A stretch of DNA of 64,000 nucleotides from the sequence record LR990704; one strand, written 5' to 3'. Under the pieces are notes generated by a model, which saw only the letters and a list, made by a program, of their open reading frames with translations, was not told the DNA's origin and ran no database searches. Origin of the DNA: Escherichia phage vB_Eco_NR1. A program made the translations under genes and the position numbers. Shown here one piece after another: positions 51,788-60,863 of the stretch (positions are counted from its first letter, which is position 1; each line of letters begins with the position of its first letter).

Positions 51788-51988
51788 ATGGTACAAAAAT
51801 TAATGGCACTTGTTAATGCCATAAAAGGTAATAAAAAACGTATAGCTTTTACTATTTCTGCTATGGTAGGAATTTTACTCTGGAACTTTATTCTATCACC
51901 TGTTGCAATTGCGCATGGTATTAATATTCCAGTAGTTACTCTTGATACATTTGTAGATTTAGCATTTGCTTTAGTTGGGTTGATTTAA
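51788..51988 (+). CDS. putative small membrane protein (66 aa) on opposite strand between 56 and 61
   Basis: AAGGAGG SD 4 nt before ATG; two predicted TM segments; ORF fits the 56-61 intergenic gap exactly (4-nt overlap with gene 61 end). Confidence 0.4.
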   Translation: MVQKLMALVNAIKGNKKRIAFTISAMVGILLWNFILSPVAIAHGINIPVVTLDTFVDLAFALVGLI

Positions 51989-53013
51989 ATCTTAGCATAT
52001 TTAGATAGCCGCATTTTAGCCATCAACCCCTGGGCAATATTATTTTTCATATATTCCATAATTTGTTCAGGGGTTGCACCTTCCTTTCTAATCATATCAT
52101 TGACATCTTTTGATTTCCAGGGAGATTTATCCCAAAACATAACCCTTTCTCCTGCATCAACTAATTTAGTCATTCGTTTGATAGTGTCAGGGTGACGAGG
52201 TTCATTATCTAAAACCCACACTCGTCTATCTTTAAATGGAACAACTTCTAGGTCTAATTGACCACCTGTAATAGCTATACCATTTTCAATAAAAAGTGAA
52301 TCTATAGGTCCTTCTAGAACATATACATCACCATCTTTAACTCGTTCAACACCGTAAATTTTTGTTGCCTCAGGATAAGCTTTAATGGTGATATATTTTT
52401 GAGGAGCATCTTTCTTTAATGCACGTCCTTGAAAAGACTCAGCTTTTCCATTAGCATTATAAATTGGAATAACAAGACGAGGCTCAGAAATTTCCTTTTT
52501 GTATGTTCCCGGTGCTATGCTATTAACTAATTTAGGCCATTCGGTTGTAAACCAAAGATATTTCCATTTATCCTTTGGAATACAACGAGCTTTTACATAT
52601 TTTATAATTGGATGGTCTTCCGCCAGTTTATCTAATCTAACACATGACGGAAGAGATTTAATTATTTTCTTCTCAGGTTGCTTAGGAAGTTCTTTAGGTT
52701 TTTCTACTGGACGACTTTTACCTTTTTCTTTTCTTATTTCAAAGATATACTCACGATATAAATCGGGTTCAAACTCCTTTAAATATATTCCGATTGGTGC
52801 ATGATAGTTACAGTTATAACAATGAATATTTCCTTCATTATTATCACCATAATACCATCCACGAGCTTTATTCTGGTCGGTTTTTGAATCTCCACAAACA
52901 GGACATCTAAACCGCAATTTAAAAGTTGAACTATTATTTACTTGTGTGAATTTAGGTAAATGAGCCAATGCACGGTATGCAAACTCATTATCAATCCAAG
53001 GTATTGATGACAT
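51985..53013 (-). CDS. 61: DNA primase gp61
   Basis: 342 aa as in T4 gp61; N-terminal zinc ribbon CPVCGD...CYNCNYH and Toprim region. Confidence 0.95.
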   Translation of the reverse strand: MSSIPWIDNEFAYRALAHLPKFTQVNNSSTFKLRFRCPVCGDSKTDQNKARGWYYGDNNEGNIHCYNCNYHAPIGIYLKEFEPDLYREYIFEIRKEKGKSRPVEKPKELPKQPEKKIIKSLPSCVRLDKLAEDHPIIKYVKARCIPKDKWKYLWFTTEWPKLVNSIAPGTYKKEISEPRLVIPIYNANGKAESFQGRALKKDAPQKYITIKAYPEATKIYGVERVKDGDVYVLEGPIDSLFIENGIAITGGQLDLEVVPFKDRRVWVLDNEPRHPDTIKRMTKLVDAGERVMFWDKSPWKSKDVNDMIRKEGATPEQIMEYMKNNIAQGLMAKMRLSKYAKI

Positions 53014-53180
53014 TTTTACTCTTCTTTTTCTTTAGATTCCTCTTTCTTCTTTTTAGGAATCTGTTCAGGACCTTTATTTACTACAGCACCTGACGTTGTT
53101 CCAGTAGAGATATTTTCAGGATTACCACCTGAATCTCCAGCGACCATATCTTCTTTAATAAATTCTTTATATGTTTTCAT

Positions 53181-53229
53181 ATTAACCTCTATTCATAAAA
53201 GCATTAAAAATTTGGTCATCAATAGATGG
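53181..53229. repeat. 44-48 bp direct repeat, copy 1 (3-prime end of 118-aa ORF)
   Basis: attaacctctattcataaaagcattaaaaatttggtcatcaataga nearly identical to copy at 53539..53587. Confidence 0.8.
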
Positions 53230-53538
53230 CGCAGTAATATTTTCTGCATCATTTAGCAAATCATTAATTTCATCAGATAGCATAACACATGTACCTTTAT
53301 TTCCTGTAATTGTTACTGCACAATTACGAACGTTTTCTTTATCAAATTTTAGGTTAATATTTTCGTAGTGAAAATCCTTTAATGCCGAATATATCTTTAA
53401 AATGAAATTGTCTTTTACTACAATAAACCCAACCTCACTATTAAAACGCGGTTCATGGAAACTGTAATAAACCTTTTCATCTATAAAATCGTATGAAATT
53501 TTTTCCATTTTTAAATATGAAAATTCAGAACTATACAT
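53182..53538 (-). CDS. hypothetical protein (118 aa), paralog of adjacent 210-aa ORF
   Basis: shares VKDN-containing repeat and C-terminal SIDDQIFNAFMN(R/K)G with 53540..54172. Confidence 0.6.
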   Translation of the reverse strand: MYSSEFSYLKMEKISYDFIDEKVYYSFHEPRFNSEVGFIVVKDNFILKIYSALKDFHYENINLKFDKENVRNCAVTITGNKGTCVMLSDEINDLLNDAENITAPSIDDQIFNAFMNRG

Positions 53539-53587
53539 ATTAACCTTTATTCATAAAAGCATTAAAAATTTGATCGTCAATAGAAAC
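53539..53587. repeat. 44-48 bp direct repeat, copy 2 (3-prime end of 210-aa ORF)
   Basis: attaacctttattcataaaagcattaaaaatttgatcgtcaataga. Confidence 0.8.
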
Positions 53588-54172
53588 TTTTACTTTAGGC
53601 TGTTCTTCAAACAGTAATTCATATCCACATATTACAATTTTGTGATCGATACCAAAATACACAGAAGCAATATTATTAATATTATTTTCAGTGAAATCTA
53701 AATCAACATCAATATCTTTTTGACTAACGCTCAAAGGATAATTAATACGAATAATTCGATTATCTTTAACAAAGATTCCACCGACATACTCTGTGCTGCG
53801 TTTAAAGTTTACACGTTTCCTAAATGAAAAATATTCAGGTTCTTTATGGGCTCGACTCATAGGGCTTAAAGTGTATTCCGAATATGAAATATCAAATCCT
53901 ACACCTTCAATATGAGCCAAAGTATCATGATTAAACCAATTATAATCGTATGCCAAATCCATTAAATTGTAATATGTGAAAGGCACCGGATTAACATCAT
54001 ATGTTGTACCTTTAAAATCTGCCCAGGCAACGATTTCGTTATCTTTAACAATTACAAAAATTGTGCCAATAAGATATCCACGGTTATTTTCATCAGGTGT
54101 TATATTATAACATTGTGCATCAGGAAATTTACCGTATTTAAACGGTGGATTTTTGTGCATATAATAAATCAT
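53540..54172 (-). CDS. hypothetical protein (210 aa) with internal VKDN repeats
   Basis: ORF track; repeated motif (GTIFVIVKDNEIV, GGIFVKDNRIIRI). Confidence 0.6.
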   Translation of the reverse strand: MIYYMHKNPPFKYGKFPDAQCYNITPDENNRGYLIGTIFVIVKDNEIVAWADFKGTTYDVNPVPFTYYNLMDLAYDYNWFNHDTLAHIEGVGFDISYSEYTLSPMSRAHKEPEYFSFRKRVNFKRSTEYVGGIFVKDNRIIRINYPLSVSQKDIDVDLDFTENNINNIASVYFGIDHKIVICGYELLFEEQPKVKVSIDDQIFNAFMNKG

Positions 54173-54173
54173 A

Positions 54174-54467
54174 TTATTCGCCTGTGATTTCGGTTACGAT
54201 ATTTTTGTTATTAAAGTTTTTATCGCAATACAGAACATAATTATACTGCATTACACCACCAGACTTAAGTTGTTTTTGCACTTCAGCTTTCATTTCAGGA
54301 CGATCGCGCTCAACGATATTCATAATATCCGCTTCAATTTGAGTTTCAACTTCAGTCTGATCTGCAGTCATAGACCATTCACACAAATCTTTATCATAAC
54401 CTGCCATAGCAGGCTGAGCAGCACAAGAAGCCAAAGTAAAAATTGTAGCAAAAATAAATTTTTTCAT
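54174..54467 (-). CDS. sp: spackle periplasmic protein Sp (lysozyme inhibitor / superinfection exclusion)
   Basis: 97 aa with signal peptide (MKKFIFATIFTLASCAAQPAMA) as in T4 Sp. Confidence 0.88.
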   Translation of the reverse strand: MKKFIFATIFTLASCAAQPAMAGYDKDLCEWSMTADQTEVETQIEADIMNIVERDRPEMKAEVQKQLKSGGVMQYNYVLYCDKNFNNKNIVTEITGE

Positions 54468-54527
54468 GATAATCTCCTCAGTAGTTTATGTTTATATAGT
54501 ATCTCAATTTCCAACAAAAGTAAACAG

Positions 54528-54785
54528 CTATTTTAAAACTTCTGCGTAATCACATGTTACAAACTGTTTCTCTAGCTTAACGATTTTACGAAAATACCTT
54601 TTATACTGACGAATCTGCCTCTTCGTAGGACGTACAGCAAACTTAATAAATTCCACTCGACCAAATGGAGGACTTTCTTCTGCTGGAATATCTAACACCA
54701 ATTCCCACGTATCTACAATAAGTGCTTTGAATTGAGTATTTTTCCTGACGTTATACGGAGTAGGTTTAAATAAAACAATATGCAT
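54528..54785 (-). CDS. hypothetical protein (about 85 aa)
   Basis: ORF track 54528..54827; ATG 54785 with GAGGA SD directly after dmd stop is more plausible than the listed start inside dmd. Confidence 0.55.
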   Translation of the reverse strand: MHIVLFKPTPYNVRKNTQFKALIVDTWELVLDIPAEESPPFGRVEFIKFAVRPTKRQIRQYKRYFRKIVKLEKQFVTCDYAEVLK

Positions 54786-54786
54786 A

Positions 54787-54969
54787 TTATCCTCGGCAAT
54801 CCACTTCGCACACTTTCTTGTCATCAATGAAAGCTTTAACTAATGCTTTATTAACTTCAGCATATTGAGTAGTAGCCCATTGAACGTCATCTTTCATCAT
54901 TGTGATTTCTTTAGTAAACATGCTTTCATTCTTAAACCACCCCATAAAAACTACCTTTACCAATTCCAT
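54787..54969 (-). CDS. dmd: Dmd, antitoxin against host RnlA/LsoA RNases
   Basis: 60 aa matching recalled T4 Dmd (MELVKVVFMGWFKNE...). Confidence 0.9.
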   Translation of the reverse strand: MELVKVVFMGWFKNESMFTKEITMMKDDVQWATTQYAEVNKALVKAFIDDKKVCEVDCRG

Positions 54970-54989
54970 AACAATCTCCTCATTTAACC

Positions 54990-55040
54990 AACAAGACTAC
55001 TATACCATAGTCTTGTCAGTTTGTAAACTAAAATTTTAAT
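54990..55040 (-). promoter_or_regulatory. early promoter for dmd (overlaps 3-prime end of gene 41)
   Basis: GTTTAC, 18 nt, TATAGT. Confidence 0.55.
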
Positions 55041-56455
55041 TCATTTGCCAAAGCATCTAACTGAGCTCGAGTGGATTCATTTCTTTGATAGCGATTCTGT
55101 TCAGCCTGAATCTGTTGTGAACCTGCTACTTCACTCACTTCGGTTGGAGTAGAATCTTGTTCAATTTCTACCCATTTTTGATTTCCTTTTTGAACACCCA
55201 TCAAAAACTTATTCCACTTATTCTTATCACCATATCGTGATTTGATTTGCTTAATAAGTTGTTGTTCAGCAGCTGCCAACTCCTCGGTTTCAATGACCGC
55301 AAGCATAAAATCAGCTGTTGCTGGAAGACCAGCAGATTCTGCGATATCACTCATGTTAACATCGGAAGAGTCCCAAGCTTGTTTACCGACCTGTGCTGCA
55401 GTCCAAAGAACAGTTTCGGTTTCAACAGCCAGAGCACGCAATTCCTCTGCAATAGCTTTAACAGTTGTGTAACTATTTTCTGAATAAACTCTGATGCGGC
55501 AAGATTTACAAATACCTAGATAGTCGACAATAATGATTGTTGGAACAAAATTCTTCTTGAGCTTCAATTCATTCAAGAGAGACCTGAATGTGTTAGCGTC
55601 TGCTCCACCAGTAGGATACTGTTTAACGATTAAACGACCAAGGGTAGATTTCTCACGCCATTTTTCCATTTTTCCTTTATATTCAGCGTAAGAAATATGC
55701 CCATCATCAATGTCATCAAGAGAAACATCAAGCATGTTAGCGTCAATACGCTTAGCACAGACTTCTTCTGCCATTTCCATGGAAATGTAAAGAACATTAT
55801 GTCCGAGCTGCAAATAATCTGCTGCCAATGAACACAATCCTAATGACTTACCAACGTTAACGCCAGCCATTAAAACGTTCAGTGTTCCAGTCTCAGCTCC
55901 GCCTTTAGTAATTTTGTTCAGAATTCTGAGTTTAAATGGAACCTTACGAGCTTTATTCATATAAGATAGCCAACGTGCTTCGTAGTCATCCATCCAATCA
56001 TGACCAACGTAACTATCAAATGAAATTGATAATGCTTGGCGCATGATGTCAGGAATAGCACCAACATCCGGCATTTTCTTATTTCGTTTTTCCGGAGGAA
56101 GTTCAGCATTAGTTTGAATTTCGATTATTTTAGACGTAGCATTAAACATCGCCCTTTGCTGAACATATTTTTCTGTTTCTTTTATTAACCAACTGTGGTC
56201 TTCCGGAGAATCAGCCAGTTTTGAAATAAGTGTTTTTACACCAGAATATTCTGTTTCAGTAAATGAACTATTTTCTAATGCAACATTTAACGCATTAATA
56301 GATGGAACGCTATGATACTCATTGACATGGGATTTAATTAATTTGAATGTATTTTTAGCTGGACCACTTTCAAAATATTCTGAATCCATATATGGCCAAA
56401 CTTTTGAAAAATAAGCTTGATCAAATATGAGATGAGAAAGAATAATTTCTACCAC
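55028..56455 (-). CDS. 41: replicative DNA helicase gp41 (DnaB-like)
   Basis: 475 aa as in T4 gp41; Walker A GVNVGKS. Confidence 0.95.
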   Translation of the reverse strand: MVEIILSHLIFDQAYFSKVWPYMDSEYFESGPAKNTFKLIKSHVNEYHSVPSINALNVALENSSFTETEYSGVKTLISKLADSPEDHSWLIKETEKYVQQRAMFNATSKIIEIQTNAELPPEKRNKKMPDVGAIPDIMRQALSISFDSYVGHDWMDDYEARWLSYMNKARKVPFKLRILNKITKGGAETGTLNVLMAGVNVGKSLGLCSLAADYLQLGHNVLYISMEMAEEVCAKRIDANMLDVSLDDIDDGHISYAEYKGKMEKWREKSTLGRLIVKQYPTGGADANTFRSLLNELKLKKNFVPTIIIVDYLGICKSCRIRVYSENSYTTVKAIAEELRALAVETETVLWTAAQVGKQAWDSSDVNMSDIAESAGLPATADFMLAVIETEELAAAEQQLIKQIKSRYGDKNKWNKFLMGVQKGNQKWVEIEQDSTPTEVSEVAGSQQIQAEQNRYQRNESTRAQLDALANELKF

Positions 56456-56464
56456 ACTTACTCC

Positions 56465-56827
56465 TTAAAAGAATTTAAATTTTTTCTTTGACCTTTTATT
56501 AAATGCATCTTGCAGTTGCATTGTAATACATTTTTCTACATGAGGAGCTAACTCAGCTTTTCTTTCTTGGTCAAGAACAGCAAAGTCCATTACGACTTTT
56601 CCATCAACCCAATCTAATTTTGTCACATACACAATGTGTGTAGAACCATCTTCTAGTTTAATGACAATCTCCTGGATAACATTTTCCATAGCGGATTTAA
56701 TTATCTTAAGAGACTCATTAAAAAGACGTTCTTTTCTTTCTTCTTCCCCCTCCGAAGAGGGGGATTCATCGATAATTTCTAGATCTAAGTCTAAATCATC
56801 TTTATTCATTAAATTCTTCCATATCAC
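56465..56827 (-). CDS. hypothetical acidic protein (120 aa) at the position of T4 gene 40
   Basis: ORF track; lies between 41 and uvsX; identity by position only. Confidence 0.55.
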   Translation of the reverse strand: MIWKNLMNKDDLDLDLEIIDESPSSEGEEERKERLFNESLKIIKSAMENVIQEIVIKLEDGSTHIVYVTKLDWVDGKVVMDFAVLDQERKAELAPHVEKCITMQLQDAFNKRSKKKFKFF

Positions 56828-57983
56828 TTAACTGTTCGAGGTCAGTTTCTAAATCAGCAGCTGATTTACTTTTACTTTCTGGAGATTTAAATTTTTCAAC
56901 CTTTGAGTTAATCAATTCATCAACTTCAGCTTCAACAATTTCATTACTATCAATAGCACCTAATTGATAAGCACGTTTAATAGCATCTCGGAATGGTTGA
57001 TGCTTAAATAAAGGACCCCAGAATGTAGTGCAGTTAGTATCTTTTGCACGCCAAGATTTTTCTTCGCGAATCATCTCGCCGGTTTCTTCGTCAAGAAATT
57101 CACGAGCATACCAACCATTCTTAGGTTTTACTACAAATCCTAATTCTAGAGCCATATCTAACAATCCAGAATAAGGATCGATACCACCGTCAAATTTAAC
57201 ATCAATAAAGAATTTACTTTTTTCTTTAACGGTACGAGATTTTTCTACATTTAGAACAAATTGATACCCCTGAAGATCAGAACCATCTTTAATCTGACGC
57301 TTACCGATAATGAATACAGTATCAGCCGAATACATTACGCCTGTACCACCTGTCATCACGGTTTTACTAAACATTTCAATTGTTTCAATTGTATGGTTAA
57401 CCGCAACACATGGAATATTTTTAATGCTAAAATAAGGAGTAACAATACGGAATAATGACTTCAGTGATTTAGCACGAGTCATATCTGCCACAGATTTTTC
57501 ATTCAAGGCATCTTCCGTTTCTTTCTTAGAAGCCATATTACCGATTGAGTCGATGAATACAATAACCTTTTCACCACGCTCAATAGCTTCAAGCTGGTTC
57601 ACCATATCAATTTTCAGTTGTTCAACTGACTGAATCGGCGTATGAATTACTCGTTCCGGGTCAACTCCCATGGATCGCAAATAAGCTGGAGTAATACCAA
57701 ATTCGCTATCATAGAATAGACAAACCGCGTCAGGATATTTGTTCAAATATGCCGCAACCATAGTCAAAGACATATTTGATTTAAAGTGTTTAGAAGGCCC
57801 TGCGAAAATAGTTAAACCAGACTGCATACCGCCATCAATCGCACCAGAAATAGCAATATTAAGCATTGGAATTTTTGTACGAATTACATCCTTTTCATTA
57901 AAGAATTTAGATGTAGTCAGTTCAGCAGTCATTTTAGAAGTGGAAGCTTTAATCAAACGGGATTTTAAATCTGCAATAGACAT
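56802..57983 (-). CDS. uvsX: UvsX recombinase (RecA-like)
   Basis: 393 aa; RecA fold Walker A GPSKHFKS; matches recalled T4 UvsX. Confidence 0.95.
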   Translation of the reverse strand: MSIADLKSRLIKASTSKMTAELTTSKFFNEKDVIRTKIPMLNIAISGAIDGGMQSGLTIFAGPSKHFKSNMSLTMVAAYLNKYPDAVCLFYDSEFGITPAYLRSMGVDPERVIHTPIQSVEQLKIDMVNQLEAIERGEKVIVFIDSIGNMASKKETEDALNEKSVADMTRAKSLKSLFRIVTPYFSIKNIPCVAVNHTIETIEMFSKTVMTGGTGVMYSADTVFIIGKRQIKDGSDLQGYQFVLNVEKSRTVKEKSKFFIDVKFDGGIDPYSGLLDMALELGFVVKPKNGWYAREFLDEETGEMIREEKSWRAKDTNCTTFWGPLFKHQPFRDAIKRAYQLGAIDSNEIVEAEVDELINSKVEKFKSPESKSKSAADLETDLEQLSDMEEFNE

Positions 57984-58060
57984 TCATTTTTTCCATAGGC
58001 ATCATTATATTTTCCTCACTGGTTAAAGATAGAGTAATTATAACACAATAAATTTAGGCA

Positions 58061-58909
58061 TTAATCAACTGCTATTGGATGAATAGCATTAAACTTATGA
58101 AATGCTTCTGATTTTTCTTTGCGCGAAACACACATGCGAAGAACCTTTAATGGCTCGTCTTCTTCACCCAACGATTTTCGTTTTTCAATATTAGAAGTTT
58201 TCCAACGAGCTTGCTCTGGAAACTCTCTATTGATTTGCTCAAGCGCTCTATTATGTTTAGAATTACTGCGAATTGAACTACACCCACCAGGAGCTTGTGC
58301 TTTTCCAGATACAACCAGATATTTGAACAAGGCCAAATGCGGATAACCTTGATTAATTAAATTGAGAAATGCATACATATCTTCGCACAAATCAATTTTT
58401 CCATACCCAATTTGTTCTGTTGTAAGTTTTCCAAGGTCATACCATGTATTCGTGAATCCATATGAATTTTCACGATAATTACCCCAAGATGAAGTAATTT
58501 TAAAAATTGGTAGACGAGCATGGCCATGATAATACCCGCAATCCATGGCATCTTCGACGTATTGAATCAATTCATAGAACTGTTCACGGGTTAATTGATT
58601 GACTTTATCTACACAACGACGGTCATCTCTTTTTCGCATTGAACTCATACGAATAGTAGTATCATCGTCAATCATCCAGATTCGTTGACCTGCATACATA
58701 TCAGTAATTGCTTTACGAGTACCAGCAATTCCATTTACATCGTCAGGAATAGTTATAATTTTAGCTCTAGACCCATAGGCATCATAATAAGCTTTTTCTT
58801 CATGTTCACGCACTACAATATGGGGTTCATAATTAGTCGGAAACATATCAAGGGCAGAAACTGCCCCGACACGCTGATAACTTGGAATTACGAATTGAAT
58901 CATTTCCAC
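58061..58909 (-). CDS. putative HMC-DNA glucosyltransferase, GT-A fold (T2/T6 beta-alpha-gt-like)
   Basis: 282 aa; N-terminal VIPSYQR and DDD (DxD) motif typical of GT-A glycosyltransferases; sits where T4 encodes GT-B beta-gt. Confidence 0.6.
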   Translation of the reverse strand: MEMIQFVIPSYQRVGAVSALDMFPTNYEPHIVVREHEEKAYYDAYGSRAKIITIPDDVNGIAGTRKAITDMYAGQRIWMIDDDTTIRMSSMRKRDDRRCVDKVNQLTREQFYELIQYVEDAMDCGYYHGHARLPIFKITSSWGNYRENSYGFTNTWYDLGKLTTEQIGYGKIDLCEDMYAFLNLINQGYPHLALFKYLVVSGKAQAPGGCSSIRSNSKHNRALEQINREFPEQARWKTSNIEKRKSLGEEDEPLKVLRMCVSRKEKSEAFHKFNAIHPIAVD

Positions 58910-59640
58910 TCACCTTTATAGTCTTTTTTCACAATATGAGTTTCGCCAGTATTCCACCAATGATCAACCAAGTAAAAATGACGAGAATATACATGAAGAC
59001 TTCCAACATTCCATATAATAGAACCTGCTTTATACTGACGAGTTGAATCGCCTGCATTCAAATCAGATACTAATTTATCTAATACGTATTTTTGCCATGC
59101 ATAATCATTACGGAATCCGAAGACCACGTCATTTGAGCGCATGCTTACTACTGCATTGACTTTCTTATCACGAATCAGGTACTGTACTGTATTAGTACAC
59201 ATGAAATCTGACATACCATCTTTATTGTAGTCAAATTGCATGGATGGACGAGTATAAATCATGATACCACGCCGAGAATCAGGATTTTGACCAAGTTCAG
59301 CTAAACACATATCATACTGGGCATAGTTATCTTCTGACCAAATAGCCCAACCATAATTCGAGTTAATTTCGCCTTTAGAAGATGCTACCTGCTGCCAAAT
59401 CTTTGGTGTTTCACCTGGAATATCTTTAACAAACAAGCTCTTAGATTTATACCATTCAAGTTCGCGCTGAATGTATTCATCATTAAGAGCACCAAAAATA
59501 AACGGTTCATCTGCTACAAATGATGCGCCAATAATTTCAATAGTTTTAACACCAGTTTTATCAACTACGAAATCTTTTTCTTTTAATGCAAGCCCCAAAT
59601 GAAGACGGATTTCTTCAACTGTCATAGAGTCACTAATCAT
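58900..59640 (-). CDS. 42: dCMP hydroxymethylase gp42
   Basis: 246 aa as in T4 gp42; thymidylate-synthase-like fold. Confidence 0.95.
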   Translation of the reverse strand: MISDSMTVEEIRLHLGLALKEKDFVVDKTGVKTIEIIGASFVADEPFIFGALNDEYIQRELEWYKSKSLFVKDIPGETPKIWQQVASSKGEINSNYGWAIWSEDNYAQYDMCLAELGQNPDSRRGIMIYTRPSMQFDYNKDGMSDFMCTNTVQYLIRDKKVNAVVSMRSNDVVFGFRNDYAWQKYVLDKLVSDLNAGDSTRQYKAGSIIWNVGSLHVYSRHFYLVDHWWNTGETHIVKKDYKGEWK

Positions 59641-59647
59641 TTAAACC

Positions 59648-59797
59648 TCAATTGATACATTCATATTTAACTTGTAACAGTAATAAACTCCAACCTAAAA
59701 TAATAGTTGGAATCATAAGAGGAACCGTTACACTATAGTATATACTTATTATAATCATCAAGATTAAAAGCAACACTGCTATAATTTTGCTTTTCAT
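59648..59797 (-). CDS. small hydrophobic protein (49 aa), imm.1-like
   Basis: manual translation MKSKIIAVLLLILMIIISIYYSVTVPLMIPTIILGWSLLLLQVKYECIN; ATG overlaps imm stop (ATGA). Confidence 0.5.
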   Translation of the reverse strand: MKSKIIAVLLLILMIIISIYYSVTVPLMIPTIILGWSLLLLQVKYECIN

Positions 59798-60045
59798 TCC
59801 TTCTCTCTGATGATAATTACCTGATTTGGTTGTGCAGACTTTTTAGTTTCACCCGCAATTGACCAAATAAATGTAATAAACCAACCAATAATTGACCAGT
59901 TAAACAGTAAAGATGTGAAAAAGATTCCTACTGTCGATTTTGACCCACGCATCAAAGCAATAAACCATGGAAGCATGTATATAATAATAGCCAACACACC
60001 TGAAACTAAAACCATAAAAATTGAACCTGCTACTAAAGTTTCCAT
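59794..60045 (-). CDS. imm: immunity protein Imm (superinfection exclusion, membrane)
   Basis: 83 aa, two TM segments; matches recalled T4 Imm. Confidence 0.88.
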   Translation of the reverse strand: METLVAGSIFMVLVSGVLAIIIYMLPWFIALMRGSKSTVGIFFTSLLFNWSIIGWFITFIWSIAGETKKSAQPNQVIIIREKE

Positions 60046-60052
60046 GTTTTCC

Positions 60053-60433
60053 TCACTTAGTCAAATTTTTTACACATGAATTATAAGAATTCACTACATA
60101 CTCCATCGGAGCATTTTTACCAGTACGCCATTGGTAATTATTAGCCCAATTAGCCCAAAGCTCGGCGCAGTAGTTTTCAATTTTTTCTTCGCGTGTAATT
60201 ACATCCGAATTACGATATGCTTGAGCAGATTCATCTGGACGAATAGCTTCGTCAAAATTCGCCTGCATTTGTTCGACTGTTTGCTTTGGAGCTTCTTTAT
60301 AACACTTGACATTAGGATTATAAAATTTGCTTGAACAGTTTACAATTTTTCCTACATCAGACTGATTTACTACCGGTCCTTGAGCTACACAACCAGTAAG
60401 ACCTAATGCAATAACCAAAATAGCGATTTTCAT
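60053..60433 (-). CDS. putative lipoprotein (126 aa)
   Basis: signal peptide and lipobox LTGC (MKIAILVIALGLTGCVAQ); several Cys in mature part. Confidence 0.6.
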   Translation of the reverse strand: MKIAILVIALGLTGCVAQGPVVNQSDVGKIVNCSSKFYNPNVKCYKEAPKQTVEQMQANFDEAIRPDESAQAYRNSDVITREEKIENYCAELWANWANNYQWRTGKNAPMEYVVNSYNSCVKNLTK

Positions 60434-60443
60434 AATAATTTCC

Positions 60444-60692
60444 TCAAATGCAAGTAGTAATTACTCCAGTAGTGCTTATGCAGGTATTACCCATTTGCAC
60501 ACCTAAAGATCCATTTGTATTCACATGAAGATTATCATCAATTTTAACTGATATTTTACCATTAGTGTGAATAACGGTGCTAGATTCAATCACAGGTTGA
60601 GTATCATTTTCAACACTAACAAATGGAACTGCTGCTAATGCAACTAAACAAACTGCTAAGCATCCCATAACAATTTTCATTTTATTCTCCAA
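60444..60692 (-). CDS. putative secreted protein (82 aa)
   Basis: N-terminal signal peptide (MKIVMGCLAVCLVALAAVPFVSVEN); early promoter upstream. Confidence 0.6.
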   Translation of the reverse strand: MENKMKIVMGCLAVCLVALAAVPFVSVENDTQPVIESSTVIHTNGKISVKIDDNLHVNTNGSLGVQMGNTCISTTGVITTCI

Positions 60693-60704
60693 ATCTGTAT
60701 CAGT

Positions 60705-60770
60705 AGTTGATAGTTGTATAGTACCATGGAAGAACAGTCTTGTAAACAGTTTTGTGAAAATTTTTTAGGG
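60705..60770 (-). promoter_or_regulatory. early promoter downstream of gene 43 terminator
   Basis: GTTTAC, 18 nt, TACTAT, A/T-rich UP element, conserved leader. Confidence 0.6.
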
Positions 60771-60827
60771 AATTCTAAATGTCCAGAATCATCTGTTTTT
60801 CATAAGTATAGATTTATATTACTTGTA

Positions 60828-60850
60828 TGAAAAAGGGACCCGGAGGTCCC
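60828..60850 (-). terminator. rho-independent terminator downstream of gene 43
   Basis: minus strand GGGACC-uccg-GGUCCC then U5. Confidence 0.75.
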
Positions 60851-60863
60851 TAGATTTATTCTA

